Program-made: the position numbers and the translations under genes
Source: Acidimicrobiia bacterium
GTDB lineage: Bacteria > Acidobacteriota > Vicinamibacteria > Vicinamibacterales > UBA2999
Length of the DNA: 64,000 nt
Assembly: GCA_016871255.1 (NCBI GenBank)
Contig: VFZH01000003.1
Location: 2,427-66,426, forward strand
Direction: 5' to 3'
Shown here: one piece after another, positions 30,010 through 39,623 of the stretch
Layout of the letters: each line of letters opens with the position of its first letter
How positions within the stretch are numbered: position 1 is the stretch's first letter
The notes under the pieces: model-generated
Seen by the model: the letters and a program-made list of their open reading frames with translations, nothing else
Told to the model about the DNA's origin: nothing
Database searches by the model: none

Positions 30010-30709
30010 GACCTTACTCTCCTCTCGTCAACCGACGTCCGACAGGCCCCTGATTCAGGGTGTCTCCTGGAACTCCCAGAGGAGACGGCGGCACTGTAGA
30101 CCACCTCCGCTCATTGAGCAATGATTTCGTGATTCGTGGCGATGATGAGTCTCCGGCTGGATGGGTGGCGGCCGTGCCCGCACCGATCGCGAGAAGGTGT
30201 GCCAGCGGATGACCTCGTCGGTCACGGGAAGGAATCAGCGATGCGGGCCGATCCCGGCGATGCGAGTTCGTCCAGCCACGCCTCACCCGCCGGCTCCCCG
30301 TTCTCGAGATACAGACGTCCTCTACACGCTGGCGGGCGTCGGCCGAAAGCCCCTCCCGCCAGCGGATGTTGACCAGCGGCGCAGGGCGCTCGAGCAGCGC
30401 CCACCCCAGGCACAGCGGAAGGAGCGCGGCCGAGCGTGGCCCGGCATCGGTATCAGGGCGGCGACACAGACGAGTGCAGCCAGCTGCACCCAGGCCCGCG
30501 GTTCGGGGTCCGCCGTCTTCCATGGCCCCGCCAGGAGCCAGGTCAGCAGCGCCGCGAGCGGCCCGAACGGGAGCGGCGAACGCCCGTCGGGAAGGCGGAA
30601 GCCGGGGACCCTGCCTGCCGATCCCATCGGGCGCGGATTGTAGCTCCTGCTTATCCTCGTCAGGAAGGCGGCGGCGGATCGGCAGCCGTCGCGCGGCGTG
30701 GTGGACCGA

Positions 30710-31078
30710 TCATGGAGCCTCGGCGTCCGGTTGGCGTTCAACGGGTGTCGCGCCGGCGTATTCGAGAATCAGCTCGATCTCGGGCCGATCCGCGGCCCTC
30801 GCGGCTTCGATCGGGGTCAGCTCGACAGCTTCCGCCGTCAGAAAGCCGCTCCTGACCGGATACCGTGCGTTGGGATCCCAGCCTTCTTCGAGCAGTCGCG
30901 CCACCTCGCCCGCATCCCGCCTCGCCGCCGCTTCCGGGAGCGTCAGTGGCTCCACCTGCCAGAGCGGGTGCGCCCCCGTACAGGCGAGCGCGAGCCAGAT
31001 CAGCATGGTCACCACCAGCAGCGCCGGCGGCAGTGCCGCCGCGCCCATGACCCAGTCGCGTCGCGTCAGTCGCCCCAT
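30710..31078 (-). CDS. Small membrane-anchored hypothetical protein
   Basis: 122 aa with one TM segment (AALPPALLVVTMLIWLALA). Overlaps the upstream membrane-protein gene by 13 nt. Confidence 0.4.
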   Translation of the reverse strand: MGRLTRRDWVMGAAALPPALLVVTMLIWLALACTGAHPLWQVEPLTLPEAAARRDAGEVARLLEEGWDPNARYPVRSGFLTAEAVELTPIEAARAADRPEIELILEYAGATPVERQPDAEAP

Positions 31079-32544
31079 ACGTCCTCCGCCCAGCGGGCGT
31101 ACGATCCCGGGTTCGGCGCCGGCATGGCGAGCGCCTCGCCGCGCAGAGCCCGCACGATCGCCGCGCCCTCGGCGGTTTCGTATGGCCTGCCCTCAGCCGC
31201 CAGGCGCGCCGGCAGCACCGCCCAGTCCCCGCGATGCCGGAAGGCCTGCATGCGCAGCACGTGATGGAGGCCAGCGCTTCGAATCGCCCAGGCGCTTCCG
31301 CAGACCAGAAGGGCAATCACGGTCAGCACCGCCACCCCGGTGCGTGCCGTCGACGCGTATGCGAGGAGCCGGCGGAGGGACTCGAATGCCGCCAGGGCGT
31401 AGAAAACCCCGGCCGTGCTCATGATGTCGTCCTTCGTGTAGGCATAGGAGAGGGCGGCGCTCCCAGCGATGACGGCCGCCGCCACCAGGCCCAGCGGCGC
31501 GACGGGCTCCGTGTCGACGCCGTTTCCGGCGCCACGGACGCGCCGGCTGCGCGCCAGCATCCATGCCACGAGCAGCGTCGTGGGAACCGAACTCACGAGC
31601 GCCAGCACGACAAGCAGGGGGAACTCGCCCTGCATCCAGCCGCGGACGCCGACGAACACGCCGCTTCGCGGCTCGGAGAACAGAACGGACGACACGGACG
31701 CCAGGACGTTGTAGGCATAGAAGGGGTACGGCCAGTCGCCGAAGCGGCGCACCAGCTCGTCCGGCTCCAGCACCGACAGGAAGTAGCCCGCGCTTCGCTC
31801 CGAGAGGCCCGGGGCGCCCGTCTGCAGCCAGAGAAAGCGCACGGCCACGTACGCGGCGAGGAGTCCCGTCATCACGGCCAGCCCACCCCGCGAGATCCCC
31901 CTGAACCCGGCGGCGCGCGCGGACACCGCCACGACCCAGACCAGGAGACCGGATTCCAGGGTGAGCGCGGCCGCCGCGAACACCACTGCCGCCGCAGCGT
32001 CGACCCACCAGCCGCCGCGGGACTGTGCCAGGTTCAGCGCGGCCAGCGCCGCGACGGCAACTTCGAGAAAGTGATTGATCGGAAACGCCTCGAGGACCGT
32101 TCCGCGGAACGTGGACATGCCCGTGAGCACCGTGAGCGCCACGGCGGCCGCCGCGAGGTCGGTCGTCGAGCGGACCCGCAGGGCCCTGGTGAAGAGCCAG
32201 AGGCAGAGCGCGAGCAGGAGCACGTGGAACCCGCGGTAGACGAGCCAGTACTGGCCGCCCGAGAGGTCGAACAGCGCCTTGATCTGCGCGATTCGCAGGG
32301 GACGGAAGTAGGCGGCCGTACCCAGGCTCTGGACGAAGGAGTGGCCGGCGGAGGGCGAGCGGCTGGCGTCGAGGATCTCCCCGAGGGCGTCGTAGACCTG
32401 TACCGGGAGGCGCAGCAGGTCATAGGCAAAGGCCAGCGTGAAGATGGCCGCCAGCACGTAGGCCCAGCGGGCGTAGCCGCGGGTCTCGTGGCCGCAGGCT
32501 GCGCTTCCCGGCGGATGTGGCACTGGGGCGCGGGGGCTGGGCAC
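31066..32544 (-). CDS. Polytopic integral membrane protein (unknown function; GT-C-like topology possible)
   Basis: 492 aa with at least 10 hydrophobic segments. No diagnostic motif was recognised. Confidence 0.6.
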   Translation of the reverse strand: MPSPRAPVPHPPGSAACGHETRGYARWAYVLAAIFTLAFAYDLLRLPVQVYDALGEILDASRSPSAGHSFVQSLGTAAYFRPLRIAQIKALFDLSGGQYWLVYRGFHVLLLALCLWLFTRALRVRSTTDLAAAAVALTVLTGMSTFRGTVLEAFPINHFLEVAVAALAALNLAQSRGGWWVDAAAAVVFAAAALTLESGLLVWVVAVSARAAGFRGISRGGLAVMTGLLAAYVAVRFLWLQTGAPGLSERSAGYFLSVLEPDELVRRFGDWPYPFYAYNVLASVSSVLFSEPRSGVFVGVRGWMQGEFPLLVVLALVSSVPTTLLVAWMLARSRRVRGAGNGVDTEPVAPLGLVAAAVIAGSAALSYAYTKDDIMSTAGVFYALAAFESLRRLLAYASTARTGVAVLTVIALLVCGSAWAIRSAGLHHVLRMQAFRHRGDWAVLPARLAAEGRPYETAEGAAIVRALRGEALAMPAPNPGSYARWAEDVWGD

Positions 32545-32957
32545 CGGCGATCATCTCCAGGCGACAGGAAGCGCGGCGTGCGCGTCCTGTCCGAGCAGGG
32601 TCGGCGGCCATTATAGGAGACGGCCGTTCCGCCCGTACCATCTCCCCGCTCTCGCGCGGGAAGTCAGGTCCCCCGGCCAGGGCGTTCGACGGGAGCGGCG
32701 CACGACTTCAACAGCCTGCGCACGCGGATCAGCGGATTCGCCGAACTGGCCCTGCACTACCCGGCGCTTCCCGGAGACGCCAGGGCCGACATCGAGGAGA
32801 TCAGGGTAGGCTGGAGCCCAGCATTTCACCTCGCGACCGCCCGAAGTTCAACTGCCAGAAACTTCATCCCGCTACTCGGCGGCAGGAGTCCGCCGGGCCG
32901 GAGGCGCGCTCCTTGCACAGAGGGGCTGTGCGGAGTGTGTGCCTGGAGGACAACTGC

Positions 32958-33422
32958 ATGATCTGTAGCAGGAGAGTGGCGGCGCAGACGGCGTTGGCGG
33001 TGGGGCTGATTGCAGGCCTGTGTGGCTCGGCGCTGATGGCGCCGCTGGCCGCCCGACAGGACGTGGCCCTGGCACCGGAACCGGAGCGGCCGGCCACCTT
33101 CCGGGCGGTGGTGACGGCGTATTCCTCATCACCCGACGAAACCTGGGGCGATCCCCTGGTCACGGCCAGTGGCCGCAAGGTCTTCGATGGTCTGGTCGCC
33201 TGTCCCCGTCGCTTCCCGTTCGGCACGAAGTTCCGGATTGGCGACCGGGTCTACACCTGCTGGGACCGGCTGCACCACCGGTACGATCACCGGTTCGACA
33301 TCTGGAAGCCCAGCAAGGAGGACGCGATACAGTTCGGCCTCCAGCGGCTCCACGTCGAGGTAGTCGAGGCGCGGGCCGAGGGGCAGCGGCCGGCCCTCCG
33401 CGAGCCCGTGTCGGGCGTGTAG
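32958..33422 (+). CDS. Secreted 3D-domain (MltA/RlpA-like fold) protein
   Basis: ATG at 32958 with a signal-like N-terminus. VVTAYSSSPDETWGDPLVTASGRKV...VACPRRFPFGTKFRIG...DRLHHRYDHRFDIW matches the 3D-domain pattern. Confidence 0.7.
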   Translation: MICSRRVAAQTALAVGLIAGLCGSALMAPLAARQDVALAPEPERPATFRAVVTAYSSSPDETWGDPLVTASGRKVFDGLVACPRRFPFGTKFRIGDRVYTCWDRLHHRYDHRFDIWKPSKEDAIQFGLQRLHVEVVEARAEGQRPALREPVSGV

Positions 33423-33502
33423 TTCTTTCCAGGGCGACCCCCAACTTACACACCTCCGGGCAGGTACCTGCCCAACTCCGAGGTGTAGAATGCCGCGCAG
33501 CC

Positions 33503-34444
33503 GTGAACCCGCTTTCACGCTGTGCGGCTGACGAACCACTCCCGGGGCGGCGGAGCCGCCTGTGCTCGCGTCTGCTGGCCCTGGCCCTGGGCCTTGCGTC
33601 CACGGGTCTGCTGGCCACCGTTCAGGACGTGGGCAGCGGCTCCTACTCCAGGGGTCTCAACGTCGTTCCCGTCTACGAGGGGTGGCGGTACGCGGACGAC
33701 GGCAGCATCGAGATGCTGTTCGGCTACCTCAATCGCAACTGGGATCAGGCGATCGACGTGGCGATTGGACCCGACAACACCGTCGAACCAGGCGGGCCGG
33801 ATCGCGGCCAGCCGACGCACTTCCTGTCGAGACGCGGCCTGTTCGTGTTCGCGGTCCGCGTGCCCGCGGACTTCGGCGCCAACGAGGTCGTGTGGACGCT
33901 GACCTCGGCCGGCCGTACCCAGCGTGCGTACGGCACGACGAAGCCCGGCTACTTCATCGACAACGGCGTCATCGCCATGAATCACGGCGGGGGCAGCTCC
34001 ACCGGTCCGGAGAACCTCCAGAACCGGGCTCCGGAGCTCGCCGTTGCCGGTCCGGTCCGGCTCCAGGCCAGGGTCGGACAGCCGCTGACGCTGGAGGCGG
34101 TGGCGCGTGACGACGGCATCCCGCGCACGCGGTCGCTGGCCCCGCTCGATCCGCGGCGCACCAGTGGCCTCACCGTCACGTCTGCCACCGGGTTGCGGCT
34201 GGCGTGGTTCGTGTACCGAGGCAGCGGCAGCGCAGTCGTCTTCAACCCGGCGCAGTTCAAGGTCAACGTGGACATGCGCGACGGCTCGCCATGGACGCCG
34301 GGGTGGCAGGTGCCACCGGTCCCGCCGGACAGCCGCTGGACGACGCGGGTCACCTTCCACGAGCCGGGGCAGTACATCCTCCGGTGTCTGGCGCACGACG
34401 GGATGCTGCCGACGTATCACGATGTCGAGGTCACGGTGTCATGA
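33503..34444 (+). CDS. Secreted hypothetical protein 'X1' (paralog of 63416..)
   Basis: GTG at 33503. Conserved blocks shared with the paralog: GYLNRNW, EPGGPDRGQPT(H/Y)F, VRVPAD(F/W)G and DDG(I/L)P. The C-terminus looks like an Ig-like beta domain. Confidence 0.6.
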   Translation: MNPLSRCAADEPLPGRRSRLCSRLLALALGLASTGLLATVQDVGSGSYSRGLNVVPVYEGWRYADDGSIEMLFGYLNRNWDQAIDVAIGPDNTVEPGGPDRGQPTHFLSRRGLFVFAVRVPADFGANEVVWTLTSAGRTQRAYGTTKPGYFIDNGVIAMNHGGGSSTGPENLQNRAPELAVAGPVRLQARVGQPLTLEAVARDDGIPRTRSLAPLDPRRTSGLTVTSATGLRLAWFVYRGSGSAVVFNPAQFKVNVDMRDGSPWTPGWQVPPVPPDSRWTTRVTFHEPGQYILRCLAHDGMLPTYHDVEVTVS

Positions 34445-34469
34445 GTCGCGCTGCCACCGAGGAGGAGCC

Positions 34470-35837
34470 ATGCGCGTAGGCCTGATGGCTGCAGCCCTGC
34501 TGATCGCTCACGCGTCGGCCGGGGCACAGGGGTTGTCCGGCGTCACGTTCACGAAGGACATCGCGCCGATCCTGCAGCGGAGCTGCCAGAACTGCCATCG
34601 GCCGAACTCGGTGGCCCCGATGTCGCTCATGACGTACGAGGAGGTGCGGCCGTTCGCGCGGGCGATCCGGCAGCAGACGGCGCTGAGGCAGATGCCGCCC
34701 TGGTACATCGAGAAGGCGATCGGCATCCAGGCGTTCCTCGACGATCCCTCGCTCAGCGACGAGGAGATCGCCGCAATTGCCGCCTGGGTGGATGCCGGTG
34801 CGCCGGAGGGCCCTGCCACGGACCTGCCGCCGGCGCGCTCGTTCCCCGACACGCGATCGTTCTCGCTGACCGCGACGCTGGGCCCGCCGGATCTCGTGGT
34901 GTCCTCGCCGGAGGTGCTGGTGAAGGCGGGTGTGCCGGACTGGTGGGGTGCGATCGGCGAGGCGCCGAGCGGGCTCACGGAGGACCGGTACATCAAGGCG
35001 GTCGAGCACCTCGAGGTGAACGACGTGCCCGTACAGGCGTCCTCGGCGTCGATCGGCGGGCGGTTTCTGTTCCACCACGCGGCTGTGAACTTCGTGCAGC
35101 CGGACGGGACGCTCGACGGCGGCACGTTCCAGGCCCTGCCGGTGCACGAAGTCGGCCGGAACGCCGATCTGTTCGACCCTGCCGCCGGCCGCCTGATCAG
35201 GGCGGGCGCGCTCCTGAGCTTCGCGAACATCCACCTGCACGCGAACGATCGCGATTCGAAGGCGCGGCTGGACGTGGCGCTCTGGTTCCATCCGCGCGGG
35301 TACCGGCCGGCCTACGACGTGCGCCCGCTGACGTGGGGGCAGAACGAGATCGATCTCGACGGCAACACGGCCGATCAGGTCGTGGAGGCGTTCTACACGC
35401 TGCAGCAGCCGATCAAGCTGCTCAACTACGAGCCGCACATGCACGCGGCCGGCGTGCGGATGTGCCTGGAAGCGATCTGGGGCCCCGTGCGCCAGATGCT
35501 GAACTGCGCCGGCTACAACCACAACTGGGTGCGTGCGTACACGTATCACCCTGATTCAGCGCCGCTGCTCCCGGCCGGGACGATCCTGCGCATCGTCGGC
35601 TACAACGACACCACGGCGAAGAACCCGAACGTGCTCGATCCGCGCAACTGGTCCGGATGGGGGCACCGCTCGGTGGACAACATGCTGAACAACCTGGCGT
35701 ACGCGGCCTTCCTCACGCCGGAGCAGTTCGAGACGGAGGTGGCGGCGCGGCGGGAGAAGATCCGGCGGGGCGAAGCCGAGGCCGTGGGGTGCCTGACGTG
35801 TGGCGTCCAGCGGCCGCCCCAGTCGGCGGGTCGCTGA
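34470..35837 (+). CDS. Periplasmic c-type-heme domain fused to PHM/DBH-like copper monooxygenase-like domain (copy 1)
   Basis: GGAGGAG SD 3 nt upstream and a signal peptide. CQNCH plus APMSL, then FHH, IHLH, PHMHAAGVRMCLE and RSVDNM, all conserved in the paralog at 62074. Confidence 0.65.
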   Translation: MRVGLMAAALLIAHASAGAQGLSGVTFTKDIAPILQRSCQNCHRPNSVAPMSLMTYEEVRPFARAIRQQTALRQMPPWYIEKAIGIQAFLDDPSLSDEEIAAIAAWVDAGAPEGPATDLPPARSFPDTRSFSLTATLGPPDLVVSSPEVLVKAGVPDWWGAIGEAPSGLTEDRYIKAVEHLEVNDVPVQASSASIGGRFLFHHAAVNFVQPDGTLDGGTFQALPVHEVGRNADLFDPAAGRLIRAGALLSFANIHLHANDRDSKARLDVALWFHPRGYRPAYDVRPLTWGQNEIDLDGNTADQVVEAFYTLQQPIKLLNYEPHMHAAGVRMCLEAIWGPVRQMLNCAGYNHNWVRAYTYHPDSAPLLPAGTILRIVGYNDTTAKNPNVLDPRNWSGWGHRSVDNMLNNLAYAAFLTPEQFETEVAARREKIRRGEAEAVGCLTCGVQRPPQSAGR

Positions 35838-36072
35838 CCTGGTGAACAGGGCGCATCGAACAGGGCCGGCGTGCCCGGGGCCGCTCGCCTCCCACGTGGC
35901 ACGCGTTGCCGCCCTTGTTGTTGCCGACCGAGCTGACCGCGTGCTCGGGATCCATCGTGTCCCGCGTCCCGCCCGGTTCGAACGGGACGTCGCCCATCTC
36001 CATCCGGGTGGGCTTGCCGTCCTTCCGCTCGAGGACGTGTCCTGCTCCACGAGGAGCCTCAGGAGGAGTCGC

Positions 36073-36783
36073 ATGTCCGCACCGCGCGTCTGGTTTGCCG
36101 CAGCCCTGGTCCTGATCGCTGGCGCCGTCGTCATGCCCAACGTCGTGGCGCGGCAGGCGCCCGGCGGCGCGGCCGCCACCGTCGACCTGATGACCGATGC
36201 CGGCGTCGGCGTCTTCACGGGGCAGTGGCGCTACAAGGAGGTCGAGATCGTCGAGGTGTCCTCCGAGGCCACCGAGAAGACGATCGCCGGCTGGACCGAA
36301 GCGATGATGAAGGGGGGCGGCGGCTATCGCCCCGATCCGCCCGTGCCGGTCCGCATGACGTACGACATCCGGCCCAAGGCCGGGGTGGCGGATTTCGACG
36401 ATTCGTCGTGGGAGGTGATCCCGCCGAACACGCTGCCGCTGTACCGCTCCGGCGGGCAGCTCTGTTTCGGGTGGTACCGCATCGCGCTGACGATGCCGGA
36501 AACGGTCAACGGCGTCAGTACCGCCGGGATGAAGGCCTTCCTGAACGTGAACCCGGACGACTACGGCGAGGTGTGGGTGAATGGCCGCCTGCCCCGGTCG
36601 CTCCGTCCGCCGAACCCGCACCTGGTCGGCGGCTGGAACCAGAACATGCGCGTGCCGCTGACCGACGCCGTCAAGCCGGGCGAGCGGATTCAGGTGGCCG
36701 TGTTCGTGATGAACGGCCCGATTTCCGACACACCGACGAACCGGCTGTTCATCCGCGCGGCGAACGTCGAGTTCACGCGCTGA
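36073..36783 (+). CDS. Secreted protein with galactose-binding-like (GH2 N-terminal sugar-binding-type) jelly roll
   Basis: AGGAGG SD and a signal peptide. DFDDSSWEVIPPNTLP...CFGWYRIALTMP...DDYGEVWVNG pattern. Confidence 0.55.
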   Translation: MSAPRVWFAAALVLIAGAVVMPNVVARQAPGGAAATVDLMTDAGVGVFTGQWRYKEVEIVEVSSEATEKTIAGWTEAMMKGGGGYRPDPPVPVRMTYDIRPKAGVADFDDSSWEVIPPNTLPLYRSGGQLCFGWYRIALTMPETVNGVSTAGMKAFLNVNPDDYGEVWVNGRLPRSLRPPNPHLVGGWNQNMRVPLTDAVKPGERIQVAVFVMNGPISDTPTNRLFIRAANVEFTR

Positions 36784-36802
36784 AGCGGCGTACGATCGCG
36801 CG

Positions 36803-37678
36803 GTGCACGGCGAACCGTCCCGTCCAGGCGCCCCGGCGCCGCTGATCGGCCCGCACGACCCGCCGCCCTTCACCTGGTTGAACGACGAGGGGCGGGCGCG
36901 CGTGCTCCTCGTCTGCGACCACGCCAGCCGCGCCGTGCCGCGCGGCATGGCGCAGCTGGGCCTGGCGGACTGGGTGTTCGAGCGCCACGTGGCCTGGGAC
37001 ATCGGCGCGGCCGCCCTCACGCGCGCGCTGGCCAGGCGCCTCGACGCCCCCGCCATCCTGCACGGCTACTCGCGGCTGATCGTCGATCCGAACCGGCGCC
37101 TCGACGACCCGTCCGCGTTTCCGGCCACGAGCGACGGCATTGCCGTGCCGGCGAACCTCGACCTGGACGCGGACGAACGCCTCCGCCGCGTGGCCTCGTT
37201 CTTCACGCCGTACCACGACGCCATCGCCGGCCGGCTCGACCGGCTCGCGGCGCGCGGCATCACCCCGGTGCTGATCGCCGTGCACACGTGCACGCCGGTG
37301 TTCGCCGAGGTCGTGCGGCCCTGGCACGTCGGCGTGCTCTGGGACAGGGATCCGCGCGTGGCGATGCCGCTGATTGCCGGGCTGATGGCGCGGCCGGACC
37401 TGAGCGTGGGCGACAACGAGCCGTATTCGGGGCGGGATCCGCACGACTACACGATGGACACCCACGCCGAGCGCCGCGGCCTGCCGTACGCCGGCCTGGA
37501 GGTGCGGCAGGATCTGCTCCCGACCGAGGAGGACGCCGAGCGCTGGGCCGCCATCCTGACCGGGGTGCTGACGCCCATCCTGGCCGATGAGGCGCTCTAC
37601 CGCCCGTGGACGGATTCCGGCGTCAGCGACGCCGGTCCAGCAGCGAGGCCGCCGCGACCACCAGGTCGCGATCGGTGA
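36803..37678 (+). CDS. N-formylglutamate amidohydrolase family protein
   Basis: GTG start. LLVCDHAS...SRLIVDPNR...FFTPYH...IAVHTCTP...VLWDRD...DNEPYSG pattern of FGase (HutG-like). Confidence 0.8.
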   Translation: MHGEPSRPGAPAPLIGPHDPPPFTWLNDEGRARVLLVCDHASRAVPRGMAQLGLADWVFERHVAWDIGAAALTRALARRLDAPAILHGYSRLIVDPNRRLDDPSAFPATSDGIAVPANLDLDADERLRRVASFFTPYHDAIAGRLDRLAARGITPVLIAVHTCTPVFAEVVRPWHVGVLWDRDPRVAMPLIAGLMARPDLSVGDNEPYSGRDPHDYTMDTHAERRGLPYAGLEVRQDLLPTEEDAERWAAILTGVLTPILADEALYRPWTDSGVSDAGPAARPPRPPGRDR

Positions 37679-39512
37679 CGATCCCGACGAGCCGCCCGTC
37701 GTCCACGACCAGCAGGCAGGCGTGCGGCGCCGACTCCATGCGCCGCATCGCGTCGCGCAGGGACAGCCCCGGCGGCACGGTGGTGATGTCGGTGTGCATG
37801 ACGTCCTGTACCGCCGCCCCGGTCCCGGCCGGCCGGCGGTCCTGACCCTGCAGCCGCAGCAGGCCGCGGGCGGTCACGAGGCCGACCAAGGCGCCGTCGG
37901 CGCCTTCGACCGGGATGTGCCGGACGTGTTTCCACTCCATGACGCGCGCGGCGAGATCGAGCACGTCGTCCGGGCTCACGGTGAAGAGCTGCCGCGTCAT
38001 GATCTGGCCGACCGTCGGGTCGGGAACGGCGCCCGTCTCCACCACCTCATCATCCGGCCATTCGTGCACCGGGCGTGCGCCGAACTGGCGGGCGAGCATC
38101 GTCTGGACCGCGCGATGCCAGACCGCGGCCGGAGGCTCGCCGCGGTTGGCCGCCTGTGTGGAGAGCAGCCAGGCCGACCCGGTGCGTCCCGTGCGCACCC
38201 GCGCCTCGATCACGCCGAGGTAGCGTTCGACATCGGCGTCGGCGGTGCCGGCGCACGCGAGCCCCGCGCGCGCGGCGGGCAGCAGCTCGTCGAGGAGCAG
38301 CGTTCGCGCGGGCACCCGCCGGGCGTCCAGCCATGTCAGCGTGGCCTCCGGCCCGTGCTGCGCCGCTGCCAGGAAGTTCTCCGTGGCGTCGCTGAAGGAC
38401 AGGCGCGACGGGATCGTCGGCGCCAGGTCCGCCAGGCCCAGCATCAGGCCGCAGAAGAGCGCCGCATTGGCGACCTCGTCGATCACCGTCGGGCCCGCAG
38501 GGAGCACACGGCATTCGATGCGCAGGTGCGGCCGGCCGCGCGAGACGCCGTAGCACGGCCGGTTCCAGCGCCACACCGTCCCGTTGTGGAGCTGCAGCGC
38601 GTCCAGCCGCGGCGCCGCGTCGTCCGGCCGCGCCGGCCCGTCGCCGGAGACGTCGCGCACCAGGAGAACCGGGAAGCGGGCCAGGTTGTCGTGGAAGACC
38701 TCCACCGCCGACCGCCGCACCCAGGCGTCGCCGAACGTGACGCGCGTCGGCGCGCCGCGCACGACCGCGGCTTCACTGCGGGCATCCAGCGCACGCTCGA
38801 ACACCGCGATCCGCGTCTCGTGCCAGAGCCGGCGTCCCAGGAGCACGGGCGAGTTGGCCGCGGCGGCGACGAGCGGGGCGGCCAGAAGCTGCGCGAGGTT
38901 GTAGAGCGGGCCGCTGTCCGCCGGGTCCACCTGCAGGTGCACCTGAAAGCTGGTGTTGGCGCCTTCGATCACGACGCTGGTGTGTGCGCCCTGGAACGAC
39001 TCGATCCCGTCGATGCGCATCGCCAGCGAGTGCCGGCCGCGGAAGATCGCCTCGTTCAGCAGCGCGTAGCGCGGCTCGGGGCTCATGTTGTGGCTGTCGA
39101 GGTCTTCGGGACGAAGCGTGGGCAGGATCCCGGTCAGCAGCACGTGGGCGTCGAACGCGCGCGCCCGGGCTGCGGCGGTCCCGATGACGTCCCGCAGTTC
39201 CCCCTCCAGGTCGCTGAACGTTCCGCCCGCGAGCGGCAGCGGCGCCAGGTTGGCCTCCAGGTTGAAGCGCGCCAGCTCCAGCGTGAAACGCGTGTCGTCG
39301 AGCGAAGCCAGCAGCTCGGGCGCGCAGGGCGCCGGGCGGCCCTGCCCGTCCACGAGGTACATCTCCTGCTCGATGCCGAGCCGCCGGACGCCCGTTTCGA
39401 GGCGGCCGTCGCGGATCAGGCCCTCCAGCGTTTCGACGTCGTCGAGCACGGCCTTCGTGGAGGCTCTCGTTTCGTCGGCGTTCCTCGGCAGGCGGACCCG
39501 GTGTGCACCCAT
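37623..39512 (-). CDS. Glutamate-cysteine ligase family 2 (carboxylate-amine ligase) fused to a C-terminal CBS pair
   Basis: [10 protein letters not shown]...FQVHLQV...GCS2-type core, then two CBS modules ([16 protein letters not shown]..., [16 protein letters not shown]...[18 protein letters not shown]). The 1164-aa track ORF is an artefactual fusion. Start at 39512 (alternative 39536). Confidence 0.8.
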   Translation of the reverse strand: MGAHRVRLPRNADETRASTKAVLDDVETLEGLIRDGRLETGVRRLGIEQEMYLVDGQGRPAPCAPELLASLDDTRFTLELARFNLEANLAPLPLAGGTFSDLEGELRDVIGTAAARARAFDAHVLLTGILPTLRPEDLDSHNMSPEPRYALLNEAIFRGRHSLAMRIDGIESFQGAHTSVVIEGANTSFQVHLQVDPADSGPLYNLAQLLAAPLVAAAANSPVLLGRRLWHETRIAVFERALDARSEAAVVRGAPTRVTFGDAWVRRSAVEVFHDNLARFPVLLVRDVSGDGPARPDDAAPRLDALQLHNGTVWRWNRPCYGVSRGRPHLRIECRVLPAGPTVIDEVANAALFCGLMLGLADLAPTIPSRLSFSDATENFLAAAQHGPEATLTWLDARRVPARTLLLDELLPAARAGLACAGTADADVERYLGVIEARVRTGRTGSAWLLSTQAANRGEPPAAVWHRAVQTMLARQFGARPVHEWPDDEVVETGAVPDPTVGQIMTRQLFTVSPDDVLDLAARVMEWKHVRHIPVEGADGALVGLVTARGLLRLQGQDRRPAGTGAAVQDVMHTDITTVPPGLSLRDAMRRMESAPHACLLVVDDGRLVGIVTDRDLVVAAASLLDRRR

Positions 39513-39623
39513 GGCGCACGATGGTACCGCCATCGGGTTGGTGCCGGGGCCGGATTCAGCCGGCCCAGACGGCCGGATGGGCCGCGTCCGTGTTACCCTC
39601 GTGCCGTGAGAGGAGGCAGCCAC

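Noticed and set aside
30014-30709. A 700-nt stretch upstream of the large TonB-receptor-like gene. It contains fragments in three minus-strand frames: TM-like PFGPLAALLTWLLAGPW, ...LVNIRWREGLSADARQR..., and LYLENGEPAGEAWLDELASPG.
   Set aside because: Joining the fragments needs at least two or three frameshifts, and my recollection of a matching protein family is vague. It may be a decayed gene or simply a leader region, so it is not annotated.
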